A stretch of DNA of 63,747 bases, filler included, from Licmophora abbreviata (lineage: Eukaryota), in NCBI GenBank assembly GCA_900291995.1. It is 6 parts of 6 records of this genome, joined end to end, with 100 filler letters (N's around TTAATTAATTAA, not from the genome) between each part and the next. Parts side by side here need not be neighbours in the genome. Positions count along the whole stretch, not along the records: positions 1 to 19,899 come from OLMU01004841.1; positions 20,000 to 36,678 come from OLMU01004842.1; 4 more parts are not named here. One strand, written 5' to 3'. The notes below the pieces were generated by a model. It was not told the DNA's origin. It was given only the letters and a program-made list of their open reading frames with translations, and did not search any database. The translations under genes and the position numbers were made by a program. Positions 11,778 through 21,842 of this stretch are shown piece after piece; position 1 is the first letter of the stretch, and the number at the start of each line of letters is the position of its first letter.

Positions 11778-13303
11778 ATGAAGATTGCGGTCTTTTTCCT
11801 CGCAGCAGCCGCAGTCTCTGGCGGCCAAGCCTTCGTTCTCACGACCTCGGGCAAGATTTCGTCCTCGCAGCTTCGTCAGGCAGCGACGATTCAGTCCACA
11901 GAACTCGTCCCCCCTTCGACAGACAACGACCAAGAGGCCAAGGAGCTCTACGACCAGTACGTCCAAAAGACGTATGGGTGAGTGAAACGCAAAGTGAATC
12001 TACGTTCTCATCGTTACAGCGCCCTTCGCTATGATGACATGTATGTGACTCACTCCTTTTTTTACCAAAACTACCCCTTCTCTTCAGTCGCTACCCCCTC
12101 ACTGTCAAGAACGGCAAGGGCTGCAAGCTCTACACCATTGACGGCAAGGAATACTTGGACTGCGTCTCCGGCATTGCCACATGCGCCCTCGGCCACGCCC
12201 ACCCCGCACTCACCCAGGCTGTCGACGACCAGATGCGCACCATGCATCACGTCAGCAACCTCTACTTCATCCCCGCGCAGGCCCGCCTCGCCAAGTGGCT
12301 CTGCGACAACAGCGTCGCCGACAAGGCCTTCTTCTGCAACAGCGGCGCCGAAGCCAACGAGGCCGCCATCAAGTGTGCGCGCAAGCATGCGAGCAATCGG
12401 GGCATCACGGATCCGGTCATTATCACCGCCGTCCAGTCTTTCCATGGACGGACGCTCGCGGCGCTCACGGCGACGGCGCAGCCCAAGTACCACAACGGAT
12501 TCACCTATGGTGGAGATATGGTACCTGGCTTTGAGTACGTGCCGTACAATGATGCCATGGCGCTCGAAGAAAAGGTAAAGGAAATCAATGAGACGCCTGA
12601 GGATATTGCCAAACAGGGCCGCAAGCGTGGTGTTGCTGCCATCATGATGGAGGCCTTGCAGGGCGAAGGTGGTATTGTGCCGGGCGATCCCGAATTCTTC
12701 CGCACGGCGAGGGACTTGTGCGACGACAGTGGCGCGCTCTTGATGTGCGATGAAGTTCAAGTTGGTATGGGACGGTCTGGGAAACTTTGGGGCTACGAGA
12801 ATTTAAACATTGAGCCGGACGTCTTCACATCGGCCAAGGCACTCGGCGGAGGTGTTCCGATCGGTGCCATGATGGCCCGGGGCGATGCCGCCACGACATT
12901 CGGTCCTGGGGACCATGCGTCCACGTACGGTGGTAACCCACTGGCGTGTAGCGCCGGCTTGGCCGTCGCCAAGGTCATGTGCGAGGAGAATTTGCTGGAG
13001 AATGTTCGTGAGCGCGGTGATCAGCTCACACAAGGACTCGAATCGATTGCCGAAAAGTATCCCACCGTGTTGGGTGAAGTCCGTGGATGGGGCCTACTCA
13101 AGGGTGTCGTTGTCAAGGACGATGCCGGATGTACCGCTGGTGAGCTGGTCGGTGATGCCATGGAGGAGGGTCTGTTACTGGTACCGGCGGGTGCTACGGT
13201 GGTGCGATTCGTTCCGCCCTTGATTGTGACGGAGGCAGAAATCGACGAGGCGCTTTCCAAGTTTGAAGGTGCGGTTGCAGCGCGGTCATCATTGAAACAA
13301 TAG
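11778..13303 (+). CDS. argD: Acetylornithine aminotransferase, plastid-targeted, 2 exons
   Basis: Exons 11778-11977 and 12088-13303 (TYG|RYPL); LDCVSGIA..LGHAHP, NSGAEANE, SFHGRT, DEVQVGMGRSG, SAKALGGG (PLP Lys); signal + QAF presequence. Confidence 0.93.
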
Positions 13304-13498
13304 TAGAGAGAGAAGTTTTACAGTTTTGGAAGCCAAATCCAGAGAAATTGCGTCTAAGAATCGTGTCGGAAAGAGACTAAACTAGCTGCATACGACGAAT
13401 ACATATTCCTTACAGTAGCGTTTAGACCGACTCGCGTCTATAGTTAACAAGAGATGCCGTATCGATCCAAGTGTGGATGTGTGCTCCGGACTCGGCGC

Positions 13499-14679
13499 TC
13501 ACATTTTTTCGCGGGCGGCTTTCACCCAGGGAACGATATCGTCGTGAAACCAGTCCCTCTCATCGCCACCTTCGTACTGGACATGGTACTTGTTTGTTTT
13601 CTTCGAGTACGATATGACTTCTCCCTCAAACCACCCGTCGTCCACAAACTCATGGCAAACTTTCGTGCCTTTGGGAAAAGGGGTCTCATCAGTACTCGTC
13701 AACGAGGCTGATTCTTCAGCGTTTACCACTTGCTGGAGCTGACCCTCGATTCCATTCTGAAGGGGCCACGGTTTTCCCTTTCGAAGCTTCTCTACGACGA
13801 CATATCGCTGATACTTGGCCAGTTTCCCGATTGGGTGTCGCACGAGTCAACCGTTTCCCTTGTCTCTACCAAACATAGCCTCGTAGTCTTTGCCTTTTCC
13901 CATCATCCGATCAAAGTTCATAGAAAGGTCGACCTTGATACCTTCCTGGAAAACTACGTCCTCTGGCCATACCGACTTGTACCCGATACCCTCACCTGCG
14001 GCTAATTTTCGTACCTGTCGCAAGACTGTACTTTCGTTCTTTTTCGATGTCTCGTCCACCTCCTTCAGCCAAACTTGCATATCTTCCACCCATCCAGTCC
14101 AACACGCATTCTTAAGCATTTCTCGTTCCGCTTCGGTAATATGAAGAGGGTACTTCGGAGCGTTCTTTCTCTTTCTCTTCGCGGCGGGGGGTTTGATGTC
14201 CAGTGTCGCAGAGTCGTCGTCACTAGCCTCTCGTTTCAAGGGAGCTGCCGCTGCGGTTCTATCGCTACTGATATGATCTCGACTGGGTTTGCTTGCTGTT
14301 CCCACTGCAGCCGTGGACAGGCGAGCAAGTGGAGTGATTGGAGCAGCTTGAGAAGTAGGAGGAGTAGCCGGCTGTTTTGCGGCTCTGCCGCTTCCAGGAG
14401 TCGGCAGGCAAAGTGAGAAATGTACGGCTTCAACATGTCAAATCCATCGACAGCGTCACAGTCCGGACACTCTACACTACTTCTTTTCTTCTCATGAATC
14501 CTTAGCTTTGACTCCCACACTTCAAGCCACCCCTGAAAGCAAGCATGGCAAACCGAAAAGGGGCAGTTCATGCAAGATACCGGTAAGCGATGGTGGTCGC
14601 TAGAGGAGTTGTTCCTCAATAAGGCAATATCGTAATCAAATGCAGCCTTGCAGTTTCTACAAGAAGGGGGATCGTCCAT
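13499..14679 (-). pseudogene. Disrupted RING finger / central helical domain / Tudor-like protein
   Basis: RING-like CRNC..CMNC..CHAC..CPDC, then a frame change near 14375-14400, an in-frame TGA at 13849-13847 (DKGNG*LVRHPIGKL), and a C-terminal Tudor-like KGTKVCHEF..GWFEGEV..YHVQYEGGD. Confidence 0.65.
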
Positions 14680-15075
14680 TGTTCTGTCTGTCACCGATGG
14701 TGGCGCTCTTGGAACATCGAGATTACTACGACGGCATTTCTCTGTTCACTGATCTGATGTGGGTCCCCGCCAAAAAAAAGTGAAGTTCAGTTCCAAACTT
14801 TTTGCGCGCCCCCGATTTGCCGCCAAACTTCGGTATTCAAAACACGTAGATTCTACGTAGAGAAGATACCGGTACTTTTCTCTGTTTTCATCACAATGAA
14901 CCATAGCGGCCATTAGATAGCCACCGATAGAAACTTCCCTGCTGACCAAAGAACGCCTGCTGAAATCACCCCCTATTTCCTACGGTGGCCCTCCTCTCTG
15001 ATGAGAGTCCTTGCAGGATGGTAGAATGACGAAGGAGAAACGCTTGGGATTTATAGGTGGTGATGCCCACAGTCT

Positions 15076-15288
15076 AAGATTCGGCAAAGATTCAGCTCAA
15101 GTTCAGGTCAGTCACAGTGTACCGGTAGACTGACTATTCATACGAGGTACCTTGCTACTGTCATGTACGAGAGCGCGACTGTGTATACCGTTAGAAATTT
15201 GATTGCGATCATACTCCTGTGCAGCAAGACGAAGATTCGATCCCTCCAACGTTCGAATCTTCAAAAGATAGACAATGAAGATCTTTTC
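15076..15288. promoter_or_regulatory. Cluster of putative PSR-binding boxes upstream of the 5'-nucleotidase
   Basis: Four perfect YGAATCTH matches: 15076-15083, 15087-15094, 15232-15239 (minus strand) and 15254-15261 (plus strand); AAGATCTT palindrome at 15278-15285. Confidence 0.7.
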
Positions 15289-15332
15289 AGAACGTCGTTC
15301 TCACTTTGACTCGAAAGTGTGGTACCAGTACC

Positions 15333-17282
15333 ATGATGCGTTCCGTTTGCTCATTGGTAGCTCTGCTGGCGCTCTTTATTGAGACGAAAGCTCAGTTTCA
15401 GCTCTCGCTTCTCCATATCAACGACCATCACTCCCATCTTCCCTCCGAATCCTTCGATATCGACATTGCCGACCTTCCCGACGGCGTAACTCTCCCTAAC
15501 GGCGCCGATGAAGTTGCGGTCACCTACGGAGGATTCCCCTATCTCGTTCCTCTGTTTGATTCACTCATGGTGAGCGAGGTCAATGCAGTCAAGCTTCACG
15601 CCGGGGACATGCTCTCCGGCACGTTGTTCTTCACTTTGTTCGAAGGCGAGGCGGATGCCTCCATGATGAACTTTGTGTGCTTCGACTTTGCCGCTCTCGG
15701 CAACCACGAGTTCGACAACGGCGATCAAGTTTTGGCCGACTTCATCGCTGATCTCCAAGGTAGCACCGACTGCCCTGCTACGTCCATCTTGTCTTCCAAC
15801 GTGGAACCTGCCGCCGGAACCCCTCTCGACGGATTGATCTCGGACTATGAGATTATCGAGATTGATGGTGAGCAAGTGGCCTTTATCGGTGCCACAACGG
15901 TGGTAACGGCCATCACGTCGTCTCCTGACATGACTACGGATTTCACTGATGTCGTCCCAGCCGTCACGGCAGCGGTCGATGAAATCATGGGCCTCGGAGT
16001 CACCAAGGTGGTGGTTCTCAGCCATGTCGGCTACGACGACGATGTTGAGTTCCTGGCCGAGATTCCTGGGGTCGACGTGGTCGTGGGCGGCCACACGCAC
16101 GACCTGCTGGGCGAAGAAGCTGAAGTAGGTCTCCTCAAGTCCCCAACGGGTCCGTTCCCCACCGTCGTGACCCGTATGACCGATAGCGGTACCGCTTGCG
16201 TCGTCCAGGCATGGGAGTACGGCCATGGTATCGGAGTGCTCAATGTTGAGTTCGATGACGCCGGTGCCGTCGTTGCATGCGGGGGAGGCCCCAAGTTCCC
16301 CTTCGACTCGATGCCGACGTCGTTTGATCCCGCACTGGATGAGGCTTCTGCAGCGGCTCTTACGACCTACCTTGAGGGCCTCGGCGTCTTCGTGGCTGTG
16401 ACAGCCGATGCTGACACGGCAGCCGCCCTCGCCGTGTTCGAGCAGGGTGTCGATGACTTTGGCGACGAAGTGATCGCCAGCGTGCCGGAACCCGGCATCT
16501 GCTACGAGCGCATCCCAGGACAAGGCCGAAGTTTGATCTGCAGTCCCGACGAAACGATCTCTCAGGGAGGTGGTGCGTGCAACTTGGTCGCACAAGGCTT
16601 TCTCGACCAGGCGCTCAGTGCCGACATCGCTATCCAGAATGGCGGCGGCTGCCGAACGGACATCTTCGCTGGCGACTTCACCGTGAGCAATGCCTTCGAG
16701 CTCCTTCCTTTCAGCAACAACCTCGTCACTCTGGAGATGACTGGGTCCGAGATCGTAACCGTACTCAATCAAGCTATGGACGGCGCGGCGTCGGGTGTCT
16801 CTACCGGTGCCTACCCGTATGCGGCTGGTCTTCGATATGATGTCGACTTCAACGCAGGCCCCAACTACGTGTCGAACGTGGAGGTTAACGTGCGCTTGGC
16901 GGAGGCCACATGGTCTGCGTTAGACGAGTCGGCGACGTACACGGTAGTGACGAATGATTTCATCTCGGCTGGTCGCGACGGATACTTGGAGTTTGCCGAG
17001 ATTGCCGACGACCTTGTGACGAATTTGTTTCTGGAGTACGCCGTAACATTCATTGAATACGCCAAATCCGTCGGTACTCTGGTAGATCCGCCCCTCGAAA
17101 CGTACTCGACTAAGAGCTTTGTGGATACGGAAGAGATGGATCCGCCTACGACTCCGTCGGCGCCTTCCGACGCTCCTGCTTCTCCCACGGAGGCCCCGGC
17201 CCCTACTTCGTCGGCGGCAGTTGCTTTCGGAACCCTACTGGCTTCTGCAGTCGCTGCGGTTGCGAGTGCCATGTCAGCGTAA
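15333..17282 (+). CDS. Cell-surface 5'-nucleotidase (metallophosphoesterase + 5'-NT C-terminal domain), probable GPI anchor
   Basis: HINDHHSH, HAGD, GNHEFD, LSHVG, GGHTH, QAWEYG, QNGGGCR, LLPFSN motifs; signal peptide; P/S/T linker and hydrophobic C-terminal tail; intronless. Confidence 0.93.
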   Translation: MMRSVCSLVALLALFIETKAQFQLSLLHINDHHSHLPSESFDIDIADLPDGVTLPNGADEVAVTYGGFPYLVPLFDSLMVSEVNAVKLHAGDMLSGTLFFTLFEGEADASMMNFVCFDFAALGNHEFDNGDQVLADFIADLQGSTDCPATSILSSNVEPAAGTPLDGLISDYEIIEIDGEQVAFIGATTVVTAITSSPDMTTDFTDVVPAVTAAVDEIMGLGVTKVVVLSHVGYDDDVEFLAEIPGVDVVVGGHTHDLLGEEAEVGLLKSPTGPFPTVVTRMTDSGTACVVQAWEYGHGIGVLNVEFDDAGAVVACGGGPKFPFDSMPTSFDPALDEASAAALTTYLEGLGVFVAVTADADTAAALAVFEQGVDDFGDEVIASVPEPGICYERIPGQGRSLICSPDETISQGGGACNLVAQGFLDQALSADIAIQNGGGCRTDIFAGDFTVSNAFELLPFSNNLVTLEMTGSEIVTVLNQAMDGAASGVSTGAYPYAAGLRYDVDFNAGPNYVSNVEVNVRLAEATWSALDESATYTVVTNDFISAGRDGYLEFAEIADDLVTNLFLEYAVTFIEYAKSVGTLVDPPLETYSTKSFVDTEEMDPPTTPSAPSDAPASPTEAPAPTSSAAVAFGTLLASAVAAVASAMSA

Positions 17283-17596
17283 GAACGTCGCTGGGAACTG
17301 TTCTGTTGTTAGTCTCGATTACATCATCTATTAGAGAGAATGAAGTGAACTAAGAACTAAGGTAGAGCTATTCCCTTCAGACAGGATCGAACACTGGTCT
17401 GCTTCGCGGTAACTGATATGGCATCGAGGTAGATTCATTCTCAAACAGGCACTGCACGACCGCCTGCACATTCGGGCAGTACGCAAGTAGGTATAAGATG
17501 CATTCAATGCTCTAATAAATAGTCACTGTAATGATCAAATACTATCAACAAATTGAGAATTCGACAAAAAGCTGCCTCATCTTCTCACATCAACAT

Positions 17597-19208
17597 CTAA
17601 GAGTAGTCCTTCATGTAACACTTGACCGAGTGGTTGCGGTACGGTTGCCGCAGCTTGTGCAACGCCCGAGCCTCAATCTGTCGTATTCTTTCCCTAGTCA
17701 CACTAAAGCGACGTCCGATCTCTTCCAGTGTCTTGGTTTTTCCATCGTCCAACCCAAATCGCATGCGAATCACCGCCTGTTCGCGAGAGTTGAGAGTGCA
17801 AATTAACCGGGTAATGTCATCTTTGAGCATCTGGTATGACGCTTGATCAACCGGTTTCTGGTCAGGATCGCCCATCATATCGCCCAAGGTCAGGGCATTG
17901 GAGCTTCCGGCTGATCCATGGGAGCCACCCGTGCCAGCCCCAGATCCCTTAGTCTTGGAACTCTTGATTTCACTCTCCATTGACACAGCATTCTGTGCAA
18001 CGCGTCGAAGGAATGCAATCTTTTCTGTCGTCAATTCAGTCCGTGCCGCAAGTTCTTCCAAAGTCGGTTCGCGTCCCAACTCGCGGTTCATACTGCCCTC
18101 GGCCTTTCGCAAGGAGTTCAACTGATCATGGATGTGTACCGGCAGTCGAATCGTTCGTCCCTGATCCGCAATCGCTCGCATGATGCTCTGCTTGATCCAC
18201 CAAGTGGCATATGTGGAGAATCGGAAACCTCGTTCAGGATCAAACTTTTCACAAGCTCTTGTCAGTCCTAGGATTCCCTCTTGACACAAGTCCTGGAAGC
18301 TCAATCCACGTCGCTGGTAGCGTTTTGCAATCGAAATCACTAGACGAACATTGCTTTCCGTCATGGCCCCCTTGGCTCGAAGCGAACGACGAATTTGCTT
18401 CTTGAGGTCAGCGACAGTCATGTCGGGACGAATCGATGCAGCCCACTCAGCATATGTCGGTGGTCTGTTTGTTTGTGAAAAAGATTGATACGTGTAAGCA
18501 CGAGGTTTGTCCGTTCACTGATTCATTTACACCCCAAAAACTTGTTCGCACTCACCGGAGCAGCTTTTCTTCGAGCGCTTCTCGCTCTTGTTCCCACTGA
18601 ATCAAAATTTGGACTTCACGTCCGAGAATGACTTCTTCATTCTTGTTCAACAACTCATGATTGCACATGGTCTTAATATAGGTGCGCATCGAATCATAAC
18701 CGGTCTCTCGTACTGATGCTCTAACCTTTCGACGACTTGACGTAATCTCCTGCTCTTGTTGCAGAAGCTTGGCGCGAGACGAAATGGTGGAAATCGAGGG
18801 TAGCGGCGAAGCTGCTGCCCTTGATAGAATTTCCTTTTCTTTCACACCAGCACCAGTGGCACTCCTTGTCGGCTCTTCCAGTTCCGCCAGATTAAAAGCT
18901 TCGGGCAAAGTAGGAGTAGATTCGACAGGATTGGTGGCGAGTTTGGACACTCCCACACTCTCCAAGTGTTCCATCGAGGGAAAATCAGCAAACATGTCCT
19001 CTTCCTCATAGACAATAGTAGTCGTTGCTGTCTGAGGCTCCATCACCGAGCTGTACATCAAGACAGATCGACGTTTGGAGCCAAACGCGAGTCGTGTCGA
19101 TCGAGGGGCACTCGCGACTGAAGAATATCCCAGCGCATCCCGCGGCAGGACCGACATGGTCCCTGCGAGAATCGCGAGGCGAATAGTGGTAGAACGAGAC
19201 AGAGGCAT
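17597..19208 (-). CDS. Nucleus-encoded plastid RNA polymerase sigma-70 factor, 2 exons
   Basis: Exons 19208-18556 and 18464-17597 ([11 protein letters not shown]); region 2 [37 protein letters not shown]; region 4 [16 protein letters not shown]. Confidence 0.93.
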
Positions 19209-19899
19209 GGTGAGTACGGCGTTTTCTCCTCAAACGGTGCACATGTACAGCCAATGGCTAGAATACCCATCAACGTGATGGCACAAGAACTTTTTCCGCA
19301 GCGCTGATGTATGTCGGTACGTGGCGTACGGCTGTGGAATAGGCTATGAGCCGCATCCTGACGCACATCGAGCAACAAAGATCGTAGATCCGAATGCGTC
19401 CATGTTGGAGACGAAGCTGGCAATGTATCACCGACGCAACGACCCAGGATTGCTCTTTGGAGAGTATTGGAGTGTCATATACCGTGCGATCCATTTGTCT
19501 GTCTCAGCTTTGCCTTCAAATTTGAAGTCTTTTCGGCTGCCCGCCAGTTGCGGCATCACCCGTCAATTTCGCTTCGCACACATAAGCGCGAACGAAAATC
19601 TCTCTCTTACCGACAATTAACGCCACCAAACACACTCTTCTGGAAACATATGAGCTCATGGTCGTCGTAGATATCTGCTGATATGCTGGAATGTGTCTCT
19701 GCTCGTTCTGATGAATGATCAGACTTATCAGCGATCGCGGTCTCTCGGCTCAAAAAGTGCCAGTAAAAATGAGTGGCGCCGGCTGGACGCGCCATCAGTT
19801 CCGGCAGATGCTCCGTTTGATGGCTGTAGAAAGTGTACTGATTTTTACGTATGTAAAATCTACTACTTGTGACACAGAATGACGCTATTTGAGAAGAGG

Positions 19900-19999
19900 N
19901 NNNNNNNNNNNNNNNNNNNNNNNNNNNNNNNNNNNNNNNNNNNTTAATTAATTAANNNNNNNNNNNNNNNNNNNNNNNNNNNNNNNNNNNNNNNNNNNN
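19900..19999. other. Artificial scaffold linker (N44-TTAATTAATTAA-N44)
   Basis: Identical 100-nt spacer with stop codons in all six frames. Confidence 0.97.
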
Positions 20000-20189
20000 C
20001 GTTGCAGTCGGTGGCGAAATCGGGAATCGAATTCAACCAGCAATTTTCGCAAGCCGCCACTGTGTCCGCGCCGAGTTCGGTGGTCACGCAGTCAGCAGCG
20101 GCATTGTCCTCTGCCTCGCAGACAGCCTTCACCACAGGCATGGTGAAGGCCAGGAGATAGATGACGATGGAAAGCGAAGAAAGCTTCAT
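20000..20189 (-). CDS. Secreted Cys-rich protein, 3'-truncated by the gap
   Basis: MKLSSLSIVIYLLAFTMPVVKA signal peptide, then CEAEDNAAADC..ACENC..DC. Confidence 0.6.
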
Positions 20190-20254
20190 GGTGGGTGATC
20201 TGTGTGATTGTGGGAAGAGCAGTTCTTTTCAAGACCTGAGGTAGCGGAATAGTT

Positions 20255-20312
20255 GTGCTTCAAGTACGAGCAAAATAAAAAGATCGCGGAAAAATCGTGC
20301 TTCAAGTACGAG
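20255..20312. repeat. 16-bp direct repeat GTGCTTCAAGTACGAG x2
   Basis: Copies at 20255-20270 and 20297-20312. Confidence 0.85.
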
Positions 20313-20526
20313 TACAATTGAAAACGAACTAGGAATGGTATTGGGGTTCTTCCGGAGGTGGCGGATTTGTTCGTGGTTTACAACTGCACGACAATACGCC
20401 AAACGGCAATCGCATAGTTCTCTCTAGAGTAGACTACCAATAGGATCGCACTGTACGGAACTTGGCGGCAGAGTAAGACGTCAACGCTACTCAAGCACCC
20501 TCGAAGCCACCCCACTCGCTCAACCT

Positions 20527-21466
20527 CTATTCAAAGAGATACCCCGTGACGGCATGCGTGTCCGCGCTACTACCCGTCGTGTCGAAAATGAGTTTACTGG
20601 CGCGATGCGTCCCGCCCGACGCTGCAACTACGAACAACGGCAAGAGATGTTCGGCACGTGGATGGCAAGTCAATGCGTGGGGTGCTAGGGTATCCCACTT
20701 TTCCAACAGTCCGTTGGATTCTTCCGCATTCTCCAACAATATGGTATCTTTGAGCCATTCGTTGAATTCCAGAGAGGCCTGTCGTGTGGCTGCATTGCGA
20801 CCAAAGAAAGCAGGCACATTGTGAAAGGTATAGCCGCTTCCCAGTATCAACGTATCGGGATGCGTGTTTCGTAGTGCTGATAGGGCCGAGCCGAGTTGTA
20901 TATGCGTCGATGCTTCCAAATTGCGATGAAGACTCACACAGACGACGGGAATATCAGCCTGTATTATGATATGTATGTGCGGAACGAGATGGTGAGATGG
21001 GGGTCATGTGTAGACTACGATACAGTCAGCGGGTTGTCCAATTCGACTCAAAATTTTCATTGCAGTCGCTTACTTTTGGGTACATGAGCATGAGGGGGAC
21101 AAAAATGCCATGATCGAACCCACGACTGTTGTTTAGTGAAGACTGGATACCACTTTTCTGAAGCAGTGTGTGAATGTCTTGTGCGAGCTTTGGATCTCCT
21201 GGTGCCGCGTAGTCGTACTCGTATGCTTCTCTTGGAAAATTGAAGTAGTCAAAAAGCATCGTTGGGTTGGGACTAGAAGTGATCTGAATCGTATCATCGT
21301 CTGTTTCCCAGTGAGCGCTAATGACCACTATCGACGATGGCTTCCGTTCGAGCAGGGATGGAACTTCCCGCATGTGCTGAGCCAGATCAGGCTGACGTCC
21401 CATCAAGGGCATGGGTCCGCCGCCGTGATTGACAAAGACTGTTGGGAGAGGTTTCAGCGATGGCAT
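20527..21466 (-). CDS. LigB/DODA-type (class III) extradiol ring-cleavage dioxygenase, 2 exons
   Basis: Exons 21466-21074 and 20958-20527 (MYPK|ADIPVV); NHGGGP, ISAHW, RGFDHG, GSGYTFHN, HPRAEHLLPL. Upstream ATG 21526 is also possible. Confidence 0.92.
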
Positions 21467-21842
21467 GGTGCTTAGGGTCAGACGATAGAGTGCAAGGAGG
21501 CCGTGAACAGCAGCATGCTGTAGCATGAAAGAACATCATCGAACAAAGTTTAAAGTTTGTTGTGATTTTTGATTTTGTTCGCGGTTTTGTCATGTTTTCT
21601 TGAGATGAGCCAAAGCCACTAAGGCTTTTCTCTACTAAGAAAATTGCGTACAAACTAACGTAGAATCGAATTTTGAAACATAAGGATAACCCAAAGATAC
21701 CGTCGGCTTGAAGTTTTTGTTTCGAGAACATTGAGACGGATCCCAGATCCATACAGTTGTAGCTTAAGGACATTCGTATTACTGTTGCTTCTTTTGGCCA
21801 CCGCCTCCTCCTTTGCATCGAGTCAGAATCTTCGTTGGCGTC

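Noticed and set aside
13847..13849. In-frame TGA as selenocysteine or programmed readthrough
   Set aside because: Not in a redox motif, no SECIS recognised, the context fits Trp, and the gene has a second lesion
15561..16772. 403-aa antisense ORF over the 5'-nucleotidase (similar ones at 12071-12760, 34315-35106, 55680-56798)
   Set aside because: Shadow ORFs produced by codon bias of the real gene; no protein motifs
17597..19208. Sigma-70 gene as bacterial contamination
   Set aside because: It has a spliceosomal intron and a targeting presequence; a normal nucleus-encoded plastid sigma factor
19944..19955. TTAATTAATTAA as a biological repeat or transposon target site
   Set aside because: Always centred between exactly 44 Ns on each side; a synthetic six-frame stop linker
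20255..20312. Repeat-spacer-repeat as a mini CRISPR array
   Set aside because: Only two 16-bp copies, no cas genes, eukaryotic context
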